A DNA stretch of 64,000 bases from Phoronis australis (lineage: Eukaryota; Animalia; Phoronida): the NCBI GenBank assembly GCA_002633005.1, contig NMRA01000997.1, forward strand, positions 11,260-75,259, in the 5' to 3' direction. Positions 22,736 through 35,360 of this stretch are shown one piece after another; the stretch's first letter is position 1, and the number at the start of each line of letters is the position of its first letter. The position numbers were made by a program, and so were the translations under genes. The notes below the pieces were generated by a model. The model was not told the origin of the DNA. It did not search any database and saw only the letters and a program-made list of their open reading frames with translations.

Positions 22736-24523
22736 CTGGCGTCGAACGATCCAGTTGCCCAGCTACGTCAACTGTTAGAGTGCCCTGCGTGTTCTAAGCG
22801 ATCCAGTGACCAGAGAGTTTTGCCATGCCGTCACTCATTCTGCAAAGACTGCTTGAACAGTCACATGGCAGAAAAGGGGCAAAGTGGTGAATTTCCATGT
22901 CCGCTGTGCAAAACAAAATTTGCTGTTCCAAGAGAACGTGGTAGTGGCTTCAAGCATAATTTTTTTCATGACATTGTTTCGAATTATGAAAGCATGAATA
23001 AAATGCATTGTTCAGCTCATGGAGACCGGCTTTTGGAAAAGTATTGTGAACAGTGCAAGATGGCCATATGTTCACGATGCGCATCTTCAAATCATAAGCG
23101 ACACGATCTCAAAGCTTTAGACGTTGCTGCAAAAGACGCCATCGAGGTGATGCGTGATTTGTTGAAACCTTGGCGAGATGTTACGCAGCACTGGGAAATG
23201 TTGCGCGATAAACGACGGCAAGTTGCACAAAGTTATGTCCAGCAACAAAAAGCTTGTAAGAATGAGATAAAACGTGTATACAGTGATTACCTGGCAGAGA
23301 TCACTCGTCAAGTCAAGGTTAATGAAGAGAAAGCTATTGCTGAGTTGGAAAAACAAGTAGAGACGGCGAGAAAACACGCAGAAGCTGCTTGTGTTGAGGC
23401 TGAACTGAACAGGGCGAAGTTTGCTAGCGTATATGATTATGTAAATAATGTTCTTGAGTCGTGTCATGACGCTGAGAAACTGCAACAATTTAATGAGATT
23501 AAGTCTCTTCTTAAAAACTTGAATATTGATCAAATCCAGAAGCGGGTTGAAAAATCAGTCTTTGAAATACAACCCGCGACAATTGCAGTTCCAAATGTAG
23601 CTGTGAATATTATGAAAAAAATGGAAAACGAAAATATTTCATCCAATTTTTTTGAAAAATTTGCCTCGGTTGTTGCAGTTTCCAGTAAATCACCTGTCCA
23701 CCGAGTGGGCCCTCAACTGGCTGTTAAAGATGTTGAACTTGAGCGGAGATTTAGCAGTCTGCTTGAGGGGGAGGGGAGAGGCAGTTGTTGGGGGCTGGCA
23801 GTGGGTGATGGGGTGGTGGTTGTAACGGACAAGAACAACCATAATGTCAAGGTGTTTAATAAAAACACCTTGACATTCAAATTAACGTTAAACACCTCCC
23901 AGGACCGACTTCAATACCCTCTTGATGTAACATGTAATAGACTTGGTGAGATCTTCATCACCTATGGCGGCATTCACGGTGTTGTCAAGTATGACGCCAG
24001 AGGTCAACTGGTGAAGGTCTACCCAGGTGTGTATCAAGGTGAGGGGTACATTACATGTAACACCGACCAGCTGATAGTGGCGGATACACAGGGTGGACGG
24101 GTGTTGTACACCGACTTTAATTGTAAGGTCCATCATCAAATAGACGCCGGCTCCCTGGGTCTGAGTGAGTTCTCACCACGCTACATATTTGTGGATGAGA
24201 ACACTGGACATGTGGTGGTGAGCCAGTACAAAACTCCACGTGTGTACGTGATTGACCCCACACAGCCGGCCGTTATACATACATTCAGTGAAGGACTGGG
24301 TGAGCCGTGGGGGGTGTGCGTTGATCAGTTCGGCCACATTCTCCTGGCTGACTCTGACCGGCACAGTGGCTGTATACATCTATTGACCCCTGCACGTGCA
24401 CACGTGATAACCACGAGGCGTGATGTCTGCTGCCCTATAGCCATATGTCCGTCAGGCCCAGGGCAGGTGTATGTACTGGAGGTGGAAGGTGATGTGAAGG
24501 AGTTTAGTTATCTTGATATCTAA
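22736..24523 (+). CDS. TRIM-NHL protein (RING, B-box, coiled coil, NHL propeller; TRIM2/3/71-like expansion member), copy 1; start codon is CTG
   Basis: Open frame of 595 codons. RING CPAC..LPCRHSFCKDC..CPLC, B-box CSAHGDRLLEKYCEQCKMAICSRC...HKRH, coiled coil, and NHL repeats (GLAV..VVVTD, PLDVTC..GEIFIT, PWGVCVDQFGHILLAD). The ORF-track start at 22706 lies in the intron. AATAAA at ~24553. Confidence 0.9.
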   Translation: MASNDPVAQLRQLLECPACSKRSSDQRVLPCRHSFCKDCLNSHMAEKGQSGEFPCPLCKTKFAVPRERGSGFKHNFFHDIVSNYESMNKMHCSAHGDRLLEKYCEQCKMAICSRCASSNHKRHDLKALDVAAKDAIEVMRDLLKPWRDVTQHWEMLRDKRRQVAQSYVQQQKACKNEIKRVYSDYLAEITRQVKVNEEKAIAELEKQVETARKHAEAACVEAELNRAKFASVYDYVNNVLESCHDAEKLQQFNEIKSLLKNLNIDQIQKRVEKSVFEIQPATIAVPNVAVNIMKKMENENISSNFFEKFASVVAVSSKSPVHRVGPQLAVKDVELERRFSSLLEGEGRGSCWGLAVGDGVVVVTDKNNHNVKVFNKNTLTFKLTLNTSQDRLQYPLDVTCNRLGEIFITYGGIHGVVKYDARGQLVKVYPGVYQGEGYITCNTDQLIVADTQGGRVLYTDFNCKVHHQIDAGSLGLSEFSPRYIFVDENTGHVVVSQYKTPRVYVIDPTQPAVIHTFSEGLGEPWGVCVDQFGHILLADSDRHSGCIHLLTPARAHVITTRRDVCCPIAICPSGPGQVYVLEVEGDVKEFSYLDI

Positions 24524-26543
24524 TTTAACACACCTGTACCATCACGTGGTTGAATAAATGTTTGTGATAATGTTTTGATGAAATGTTTTGTAAAATAACT
24601 GTTTGAAATTCTTGAAGTCTGTATGTAACATTGTGTGCAGATGACAAAGTATTATTGGACGTAGTTTGTCTAAGATTCCAATAAAAGCTTGACATAAATG
24701 AGATCGTTTATACCTAAAGGCCTCGTGTATTTGAATGGTCATTGTAGTTGTACTGATAAATACGTGTGTTTACCTGTTTTACAAACCTGTTTTAGCTGTG
24801 CGTTGTTGTGCGCGACGAGATTTTATCATCTTGAAACGCACTTTCTAACATTTCTGTTCGAGTGAAACACGTGTTGTAAAGATTGTGCGCTGTTGTATAT
24901 TTTCAATACCAAAATTCTATTCACGACGCCATTAACATCATCATATTTCTACAATATGAAATAACTGTGATCATAGTGTTCTCAAGTGTGCAATTAACAT
25001 TTTGTAACTTCAAATAGTCGTATTAATGCAAAATGTCAAGTTTGCTAGTTTTTGGTATCCTAATTGGAATTATTGGCTATTGATTGAACGGTAAATTCTT
25101 TGATTAAACTGGAATTACTTAATTGTTCGTTTTAATTGAAATTGTCACGCTTAAAATTTTTAATCAATATTATTGCATACTTAAGATTTTCATTATCATC
25201 AAAACAAAATACATTGGTTAAATTGACGTTGTCATTTTCACGACCTAAAAACGCAAGCTTGGGATGGAGTGGGATACAATTTTTGAACTAATAAGCTTTG
25301 AACAGACCTAAAAAACACAAAATTATTCTTTGTGTTTTGCGATTTAATTACAAATCTCCAATTATCGCCGTTATTCGCCGACATTCGCTTGAAATACTCT
25401 CCCACGTACTGATGCTGGGACGAAGCGCAGCTAACAAAACGTTTGCCTGCGGCGCAACAATTTGTGAAGTTCGATTCCCATCTGAGGCTGATCTCGGAAA
25501 GTGATTCTTCTCGACTATAGTGTCGCCTTAGTCGTTGACGTGATCAATGAAATTGAAACCGAAAAGAATGTTTTTTTTTTATTTCAGGAACTGTGTTGTA
25601 TCCTTGCACATGAAGTCAAACCACAAAAATCAATAAAGAAAAACTGGTCATTCACGCCCTTTATCGATTCATAAAAAACAAACGAATTTTGAACGTGAGG
25701 CTGTGTGTGTAAAGGTAATCTAGGTTGGTTTGCGTAGTGCAGACAACACACAAAATTAACGAAGTCCCTTACTAAAATTGCATCACATGTGTGCGGGTTG
25801 TCTTTGGTTAGGATTTTTGAGAGAAAAATCGTATAATATAATATAACTTGACTAACAGTACTTGGGCCACATGCTGTACAAAACCGACCTTCTCTTGGGT
25901 TTAATAAACATCTTTCACTTTCAATTTACAGATCTAAATAGAACAACAGCAGATAAATGCCATTAGTATATAAATACTGAACATACTCTTCCATTATAAG
26001 ATCATTTTTATAAAGCCTGAAATTGACAAGTTCACTTAAAGATGACACTTTTTTCTCACGCTATAGATGGGAATGATCTCCACTAGGCTTGACTTAGATT
26101 TCAGACGGGCTGAATTCTTTATTGCTCTCTGTTTCGTTAACATACACTGAACAAACTAGTACAACATCTTTAATCTACTGATTTTTAAGATTATTTCGTA
26201 GCAATTCTATAATATTCATGTAACTATAACGAGAAATCATCGAGTCCGTTCTTAAGTTTGCCAACATGAGTATCTTTTGTTTGATGTCTAAAAGGTCATT
26301 TTGGCTACGCTTAGACATAACTTTCTAATAAAATTACTCTAAAATGAATGACTACAATGATATCTTAACCAGTCATTTTAATCACAATTAAGTAGTCATT
26401 ATTTTTTCACGTACACGCTCGCTTTAAATTTGAGATGCTTGTTTACTCGTTCGCTTTAACGTCGTATAATGGTGTTAATTTTTTTGTGAACTATCGCCGA
26501 ATGCTACACCATTCATTGTTTGCTTGTGAACCGAATGTTAAGT

Positions 26544-26729
26544 ATTCTATTTTCACGTTCGATGACGTCAGCCGCTGAGTGGTGAAGTGGTAAAGTCGGC
26601 GACTCAAAACTATGAGGCCCGGGTTCGAATCCGGCCTCGGTTTCCCGCCAAAATGTTATCTCACTAGTGAGATAACTTTATGGGTTATTACACGGTCGTA
26701 TCTGCCATTCGAGGCTAATATTGTGGTAT
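26544..26729 (+). mobile_element. 3' part of hairpin/tRNA-like element family (see 39335-40197)
   Basis: Near-identical to 40010-40197: tRNA-like segment 26571-26649, perfect palindrome gttatctcactagtgagataac, and end ttgtggtat. Confidence 0.75.
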
Positions 26730-26984
26730 GAATTTACGTTATCTTGCTTAAAATGTACACAACATGACTCGAGTGCCTCAAAATAAATTTTATTATTATA
26801 TCTTACTAGATTTCAGTGCCTTTAGTGCACAGCTCATAAAGAAACACGCAAAATTGAAAAAATAATTATGTACAACGTCATGGGTTGAACCTAAGTTGTT
26901 CGCCATACTGTTCGGATCAGAGACGAAGTGTATAGAGTGAAGAGAAAGCAAAGTACATTTAGCGTCGAGAAGGTTCGTAGAAGG

Positions 26985-27708
26985 ATCAAAAGATGTGTTT
27001 CCGGAGGCTGCAGCAACAGCAGCCAGGCGGAGAACGTCTCGGTGTTCCGAAGGACACCAAAGTTGCGCAGAAGTGGCATCGCTTCGTGCGCCGAACGAGA
27101 GTGTGGGACGTCATCGTGGACCAAGCGATTCGGTTCGGGGCCACTCTGTGCTCTGCCTACTTTGAGGACTCGTGTTTCGACTCCAATCACAGGAGACGTT
27201 ACGATGAAGGCCTGGTTCAATAAAGGACAATATTTATCATTCAGAAACATCAGCTCTTAATTGAGGATCGCCTGTTGGATGACTGGGTTGACTCGCCGAG
27301 CCCGAGGCCGCTTCTCTCGCGGGAGGATCCAGTTCGTAAGGCTCAAAGTAGAAAAGTACGCTGCCGGAAGCACATTAAACTTATTCTCGCTTTCGTGCAA
27401 TCCCATTTCCTCATCCTGACCACCATTCCCGTACGTTTCTTCATGATATTCGTTCAAATCTTTCTCATAATCGTCGTCGCTGTCAAATTCCCTGCTCTCC
27501 GCCATTGTTCAATGCTAGTCACTGATCTCTTGTGTTCAACCCAGGACGTCACATGGCGGGAAATGTGAAAATTGGCAAAATTGAAAGAAAAATCAAAATT
27601 TCGAGCTCATTACACAAAATAAATATGGGTTTAGCTAAATTTTACGTCATACATTTAGTCTGTGGCCACCGGTAATTCAAAATGTGCAAAAATCCATGGT
27701 GTGTACTG
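26985..27708 (+). mobile_element. Kolobok derivative: frameshifted THAP (+) and acidic KolX-like N-terminus (-)
   Basis: RCVSGGCSNS..[fs]PKDTKVAQKWHRFVRRTR...LCSAYFEDSCF is THAP. Convergent MAESREFDSDDDYEKDLNEY starts at 27505 (-). Right end ...ccatggtgtgtactg|TTAA; left end not located. Confidence 0.7.
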
Positions 27709-27828
27709 TTAAAAGACTTACTACAAATATATAAACAACCTGCTCTCCTAGATACTTTCACAACATAGAATCGAGAAAATTTGTGCAGAACAACACCATT
27801 ACAATTTCCCAGATACATTACTAATAAA

Positions 27829-27913
27829 TATAGATTATTATGTGGCGAAGTCGTTATCCCCCGTTATCTAGAGCCCAAGTGGATTTTAGAGAATTATCGC
27901 CCAAGGGGCGTTA
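27829..27913 (+). mobile_element. 5' fragment of hairpin/tRNA-like element family
   Basis: tatagattattatgtggcgaagtcgttatcccccgttatctagagccc matches 39335-39422. Confidence 0.75.
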
Positions 27914-30748
27914 GTATTCTTTTAAGTTCAGCAGTATTTATTCTACACTCGCAATTATAGATATCGCTACCAAGCTTGGCGTGCGTTCAGTAACGCTAGG
28001 ACCTACGCTAGGATCTATGCAAGTAAAATCCAACACTTCTCATTGTACAAATGACTATGCAACGGTTCACCAATACACGAGACTAAGCTGCACAAAAAAT
28101 CGAATCCTCGCCATTGCTAACAGCACCGGGTAATATAATTGATTTAAGAAAATGAATTCGATATCACCAAAGACAAACATGAAAAACGTGCAATAAATGC
28201 TTTTGTCGGTTGTAGCAATGCAGAACGTCTGGATATTTTTCATGGCAGGAGCTTTTGACAATTCAACAAAAGGCTGTATTGATCTGTTCGTGGAAGCTGT
28301 CTGTGTAAAGAAAATAATATCTTACTGCATAGGTAATTTGATGCTAGGTAAACATACCGCTGTGAAAAGCATTTATTGACATGAATACAAATAATGACTT
28401 CTGAGTTTCCGGGAAGGAAAAATGAAAGTAATTTCACACTTAGAGAACGAATTACAAAAACAAGCAACGTAATTATTTTTTCATAGCAGAAACGTTTGGG
28501 TTTTCAAGTATGGAATAAACAAGTGCTAAAGTCTGAGCTGTGAAATTTTTGACAACCCTTAGATGAAGCTAAAAGCCCATATAATACACGACCCCTTTGT
28601 ACATGTAAACCGAGCAAATATTATCCCTTTATGAGTTTCAACGTGAAAATATTTCCGGTGGGAAGGACAGGGACTCAATATTTGACGAGGTGTGCGGCAG
28701 GGAAATTGGCGCACTTCATCTTTTTGGAAAGCCGCCATGGAAATACCGCCTTTAGAGGACAAAAACGATTCAAAGGGATCCACACAAACTTTCAAGTGTC
28801 GGCTTCCCATAACAAATCCTTTTGCACAGTGTTCTTGCACTGTTGCAAAAATGGAATCTTTCGAAGATAATTATCTTGGGAAGACACCCTTTTGTAAGGA
28901 GTCGCACCACGAGAGGATCAAAAGGTCTACTCTAGAGTCACAGATATAGATCTTGAACAAAAATTGAGCGTACATACCTCCAGGTGGGATATGTTCAAAT
29001 TTTTTGGGCCATTACTTTTTTAAATTAGAGCATCATAAATATTTTGGTCGAAAATAGCCCATGTTTGGTTCAAAAAGGTTCAGTTAGTGAAGTTGTTTTA
29101 AAACAGCTTAAAAAACACGAAAGAAAAAATATAATTCTTCTTTGAACCTCTCTATCAAAAAACAGGCTTTGAATTTTCAAAGGAGTTTCCAATAACCTTC
29201 GCTAGGGTGTCAAAAATCGATAATTTTTTCCAATTTTGTGCATTTGATGTTTAGCCATTTTGAGGTGCTCTGGAGGCAAGCTGACTGGATGCTGGTGATT
29301 TCCAATTATATTTTTCACGAGTTTTCTGTCTAACTAAGAAAATAATAAAGAAAAAATGTGACCTTTGTTGGTTTTTGAGTAACAGCTGATACAAAAGAAA
29401 TACAATCGCCTATTTTACAGTGCCTGACTACGGGCGGTATGCAGCTGTATCTCATACACCTCATATATGTTTCTATGATGAGCAAATCAGTCAACGTTGA
29501 TTTTTAGATACTTTGAGTACTGCTAGGTTCCTGGTGGCAGTTTCTATAACTATATTTCTTTGGTGACATTTCATGGCCAGAACGTTTCCATCGAGCAAAC
29601 GGTGGCACAAGCATGTTTGAGAACGACGTTTCAATATCAATCTAGTATACTGTTACGATATTTTGTTTCTTGTCCACTACTGTACCTGAGGATGATTTGA
29701 TTAATATCGAAATGTCGTTTACATGTTGTACTCTTACGGTGTTTTTGTTTTCCATTTCTTATTCTAATTTTGCCAAAAACTAAATTTACTTTCATGCATG
29801 TTTTTGAGTGAGTCTAACTAGTGCTGCAACCCTAGAGCTTTAACCAGCTTCTCTAAAATTGAAAAATGGGGCTATGAAGAACCCAACTGCGAGTCCTCCC
29901 AATATTATCAAACGAAACTCTTGCAGTCTTTGCTATATGAACGTCTCTGTGGATTGCTTCCACTTCTTTCACCATTAGTCCGAGCGTTTAGATGATCTGA
30001 TTTCATGTTGCAATTTCTTTTCCAGTTTCTGATTTAGTCATGTGTCATGTTGCAAAACGCCTCCTTGATCCATCTGCGAAAATTAAAATCTGTATATTGT
30101 CATCGTGAATATTTAAAGAGCCATTTTGCAGTTATTTAGCTGACAATGTGGAATTCTTACTAAAGAACTTTGGTGTATAAAAACCATGACACGCTTATCC
30201 AATCTTGAATTGTTGTGAAATAAAGGAGCTCACAATCCAAGTCGCAAGCAATGCGTACACGTGTCATTTTTGGCTTTGCAATAAAATCTAAAGGTGTATC
30301 TCGAGTCTCTGACTCTGACCGTGTCAAAGTTGTTGTTGGCAACAAACACCAAATCCCATCACAGTTAGGAAAAGTTCAAAACCGACAGGAGTACATGTAA
30401 AAGGTAAAAAAGTTTTTCGTTTTTAGTCTTCTAAACCATAGTCACATGTCTCTCAAGTGCAATAATAGATGAGTTCTTACGGATGCACGAACGCAGTAAC
30501 AAGTTGGTACAAACGTCACAATAGTGTGCAATGATTGTTCTAGATACACGTTTTGCCAACAATGCGTTGTGACGATGCGTTAATGGCGAGAAAATTACAA
30601 GTTTTCAAAAACCGCACGTGCGCCCGTCACCTCGGATTTGATCCTGTATCCAAACCAGAGAACACGACTTGACTGGTGAAGCTGCATCAGGACTATTTCT
30701 GGTTTCATTTTGTCTGACGTACTGCCTCGTTCCCGATGTCTATAGGCT

Positions 30749-31013
30749 TTGTAAGCCAAGTGCAACATATGTCCCATATATTACCGTAATCATTCGCGAT
30801 TTATTCCAGTAATAATAAGTAATAATTCTTTAGCCAATCAGAGGCCAGGAATAATTACTGTTATAAATATTTATTAGTGTGCTTAATATTTATTACAGAA
30901 ATAAATATTCATTAGAGTAATTATTCCTGGCTTCTGCTTGGCTCAATTAATACTGGAATAATTCGTGAATTATTACTGTAATAAATAGGACGTATGTCCC
31001 ACTTAGCCTACAA
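30749..31013. mobile_element. Foldback MITE (near-complete palindrome)
   Basis: Left arm ttgtaagccaagtgcaacatatgtcc...agccaatcagaggccaggaataattact pairs with right arm agtaattattcctggcttctgcttggct...ggacgtatgtcccacttagcctacaa. Confidence 0.8.
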
Positions 31014-33099
31014 TAAACGACCGGGTTTGGTGTGGCAAGCGTTTACGAGAACTAAAACAAGGGAATTCGCACGCTCCATCGATAAATACGCCCGGTGTTT
31101 TTTGGATAGCGTCAGACTTGAACTCGTTATATAGTGAGGGGTGAAGAGCAGTGTGTGTGCCGATTCACAAATGGTGGACGCCAATCTGCCTTCTTCATAT
31201 TAAATAAAGTCGCACTTTATTTGACAATTAAAGACTTTGAAAGGACGTGATTGAACGATCAATGAAAATAATAAAACAGCATATCACGCATCAGAAAATG
31301 ACAGAAAATCCTACGGCCCAAGATTATCGATTGAAAAATACTGAATCTCTTGCAAAGATCAAGAGATTAATTTGACACAAAATATTGACTTCAGCTTCAC
31401 ACTAATGTTGGACTCGACTCGGAGGGGTATTCGATTGTTCTAGTTTGGCATTCGATGTAGCTGGACGATACTCAGACATTTAGAAAATGGACTCGGCCAA
31501 AAAGGACCTATTTGTAGGGAGCATCCGTGAAAATTTCAAAATAGGGAAATTAAAATGTTTCAATGAAATCCACTCAGACGTTTCAAGAACTTGTGTTCAA
31601 GTTCAAGGGAATTCGATTTGCCGAAGCAGAGAAAACGCGGAAAACGTCGCGAGTCTAGAAAATCTGACGCTTTTCGTTTAATCAGTCGGCGAAAACTTGG
31701 TTTTGGTCAATACGTTACCCATACATGCCTTAGCCATGTTTGTTAATTCAATTTTCACTCGCGATGTCCTAAGCATGGACGGTGCAGCACTAAAATANNN
31801 NNNNNNNNNNNNNNNNNNNNNNNNNNNNNNNNNNNNNTTGTTTTCAACTTTGATGGTTTGTATTTTGGTCTAAACTTACTGAAAATCTGTGAAAAAATTG
31901 GGGCACACTGCATTAGTTTTTCGTTACTACCGCTCAAACAAACATGTTGAATTTACATGGATTACTGATTAACCACTTCTAATTAAGTTTAGGAATACAA
32001 TTCCTTTAGAAACATATTGATTTTATTATCACCAATGTTTAACGGGTTTAATTATTTTTCCATCTTTCCTGACTTTCTTATGTCTCGGCGGATTTTGAGT
32101 ACGGCAGACGAATTTTTAACGTCTCTGGTCTCACACAAACAGTTACCGTCGTTTTTTTAATGTTTTGGTTTAACATCCCTCGTATTTACTATAACAAGAA
32201 AAAAATTAGCTCATATAGCCTCACGTATGAAAGTGCCAGTTGACCCCTCAACAATGTTCCGACAACAAGGTCAACTTGACCGTGACCTTACGCGCTGCAT
32301 TCCATCACGTGGGATTATTGTGAAACAAGTTTTGTTGGTGAAACTAGTGCGGATTTGCCGTTTTACCGCGAATTAGACAGATACAATATATATTTGCAGT
32401 CGTGTGTGTCCGTATTCTTTTTTAACACTATTTCCCTGTAAAAAGATGTCCCGCCGTGCTATTTGAATAACAAAAAATTAATGCAAAATCAACATTTTCA
32501 AATTTAATTAATATTAAACAACAACAAAATACAGCGTGACATGTAACTGTAATAGCATATCTACAAAATGTTGAAAAATGTGCAACTTCATGGTATCAGA
32601 CGTTTGAGCGCATGCGCCACTCGAGTACGAAGGGGCCGACATCCTATTGCGAGTATTCAATATTTTTATAGCACAGAAAAGGTATGCGGCGTCATTTGCA
32701 CAAGTTTTACATTTCTCGGTCCCTTTCAAACCTAAAGAAATTTAGACTCTTGCATTTTCCTTCTGAATATTGACATGAAGTGGCGGCACAAAAGTGGCGG
32801 TTTTGTTTACCCTTCCCAATGTCTTTCCGCCCCTAACTGTTCGGCCGTACTCACCAGACCGAGGGCGCGCTCCTGCCTGGTGGAGATAGACTAAGAAGGA
32901 AACTGTCCCATTGTTGTTCAAGTTTTTTAAACGCAAAAAGTTCAAACTTTTTGATGAAAGCATGTTTTGAATATGTTCAGCTGTTTTAAATATACAGATG
33001 ATCTCATGTTTTAATACTACTCACGAACCAGGTGTTAGCGGGTACGTTTACCAGACTGGCAAAGAGTCAGTCATACTGCGAGGCTCTTTAAAAAAGCCC

Positions 33100-34820
33100 T
33101 TGTGGTCAGCTTTGGAACTAATTTTAGATTCATTGGAAGTCGCCATTTGCAAAGAAAACAGCATTCAACGCTCACTATCTTGAAGTTAAAGTAAGGCTTT
33201 TTAAGTTAAATTCTGCACGTATTATTGTTTCTAAGAGTTATTTCGATGTCAGGGTTTGAAAAAAAATGTTGAATTTGCTCACAACTGGGAGTTATTTTTT
33301 ATTCTGCAAAAATGTGTTTCGAGCTGTTTTCAACTTCAAGGCCAAGGCCAAGGCCCAGCAATGCACAGCACTCATTGATATTGGGTTTTTGCTTGCCTGA
33401 CTGAACGTGGAACTGGTCGGATCAGAGAAACGGTGGTTCACCAGAAAACTTCCCTGGCAGTATTCGAACTGAGTCTTTTCTAAATTTTTAAAGGAACTTC
33501 ACAGATTCCACAAATGTCCAAAAGTTCCACCATCCAGTCACGCTGTGGTGACTGGTGTAGACAGGGACAGTATAGTACCTGTGACACAGTCACTAGCTGT
33601 GCTAAAATCAAGAGTTGGAATTGTCGACGTGATCAATGTTCTGACATGTTTGAACATTGTGCAACCTTCCAATCGCAGCCTGCAGAAAAATGAATGATAT
33701 GAGCCAAACGGTAACTCAACTGAATGAAGAGCAGGTGATTGACTCATTGACATTGAGAACCAACGCTACGTTAGAAAAGTCAGTACTCTGGCTGGTGGCG
33801 AAGGTGTTGCAGACGTTCAGTTTGACGTTTCATACTCCAATAGGCCACAAGGTGGTTGCGAGAAAGCCAAACAGAGCTTCGGGAGACTTGTGTTGTGGAG
33901 CACACGACGACCTTAAAACTTCCACTGGCCCTTGCCATGGCAAACAAACACTGCAGGATTACCGACTGCAAGCATAAACACTACAGCAAAAATTACGCAC
34001 CTGAGCAACCCATTGCATCAAGTGAGCGCACACTGCTACAAACCAGGCCCAGTGCAGTGGAAAACACTGGGGTGGAGCTGAAGATCACAAGCATAACAAC
34101 TGATGCCAGCAGCCAAGAGTCAAAAGTCATTATTACAGTGGTGAAAGACAAAAACCTGCAAATGTTTCATCTACAGACTGAGGAGAATGCAAAAAAGCAT
34201 TAATGAAGCGGGGCTGAAGTTTTCCTAGCTCACGCGTCATTAGAACTAGAGGAAATTTTCTCTGCTATTACGAGCTGTGTTACAAAAGGAACTTACAAAC
34301 CCAAAAATAAGAAGAACCGAGTGAGTCGATTTTTTGAAACTCAAGGCTGCTGTTGTGTACAGTTAATTCGCTGTCTCTCGGACAGCACCATCGTGGTCAC
34401 CAACTTTTGTCTGTGCATCGCTCACCACATCAACTAAGAACTCGGTGAAAGTGACTTGAGGACTGTGCAAAACAAAATCAATTTGTATTTTGACCAGTAA
34501 CAACTCAGCGATGTGCAATACCTATTCAACACAAACATTAGCAGCTGTTTATGTGTATATGCCAAAAGCGACAAGATATACTCCAAATTTCACAGTCCTG
34601 TCATTCAGCTGTTCGTTGAAGAACCTTGGGACAAGGGAGATAGACAGTGAAGCTGACAGATACAACAAGACTAACCGTGCCTGCAAACATTGCTATGAAA
34701 ACAATTCTGAGGAAACCGGACTCCAGAAAGTGCTACCATACCAAGCGAAAGTGAACCCAAGCAAACAAAATGGTCAGGTACTATATGAGGGAGAGGCTAG
34801 ACAACACGAAACTGTTTGAT
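33100..34820 (+). pseudogene. Decayed DDD/E transposase, KolobokP type
   Basis: Frames give DVQFDVSYSNRPQGGCEKAKQSF (~33810-33880, first D), EHTTTLKLPLALAMANKHC...NYAPEQPIASSE, LKITSITTDASSQ (second D) and YMPKATRYTPNF..HSAV. Many stops and frameshifts; start approximate. Confidence 0.7.
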
Positions 34821-34983
34821 GGATCTGTCTATAATTCAGCACGCATAGCATCTACTAATGCTGCTGATCACAACCACTAGTACATACTCGGTCACTGGTT
34901 GTGTTTTAGTCTAAAACAAAAACTATTTAACTAAATAATAATTGTAAAATCATGGTACTTAAGCTCTTGATAAGATTATCGTA

Positions 34984-35360
34984 TTAGCAGGCATGATTTG
35001 TATCCCCGGTGGCCTGTGCATTCCCCATTATTTTTACTAATTTGTCATTGAAACAAGAATTATTAATTTTGGGAGGTTCATATGAAAGGTAGGAATATTT
35101 TATAGGATTATGACAGAGGTGGGAAACTTGATGGGACTGGGACAGCCAGTGGGGCATGCCCTGGAGATTACAAGACCAGCGATGCGCCTGTGTACTATGA
35201 CATACTGTCCTGAAGTAAACACAGTACTGGAACGCCGTATTCTTTGTTATTGACAGCTGACACTGTCCCACAGGGCGAGACTTTAAAGAGACGATTTGTT
35301 TTAGACTATGGCATGTTCAAAATTTAAGAGTGCTTGAAAGAACATATTGGCCATGGACGA
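34984..35360 (-). pseudogene. His-Me finger (I-PpoI-like HNH) endonuclease remnant, convergent with the transposase
   Basis: SRPVGQCQL...EYG...AHR...HQVSHLCHNP...LSYEPPKINNS matches the SHLCHN..C...HL..EP..IN..R..C zinc-loop motif. Several ligand residues have been lost. Confidence 0.75.

Noticed and set aside
23117-24379. Antisense ORFs over the TRIM genes (also 61214-62764)
   Set aside because: Shadow frames of the sense CDS with no recognisable motifs.
26571-26649. tRNA gene call (also 40037-40116)
   Set aside because: The acceptor stem does not pair well, the two copies differ in the anticodon loop, and both sit inside a repeat. tRNA-like only.
28540-29220. Short inverted motif tttttgacaaccctta / tagggtgtcaaaaa
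   Set aside because: Only a ~15-bp imperfect match with no TSD or clear termini. Probably an old TE, but not supportable.
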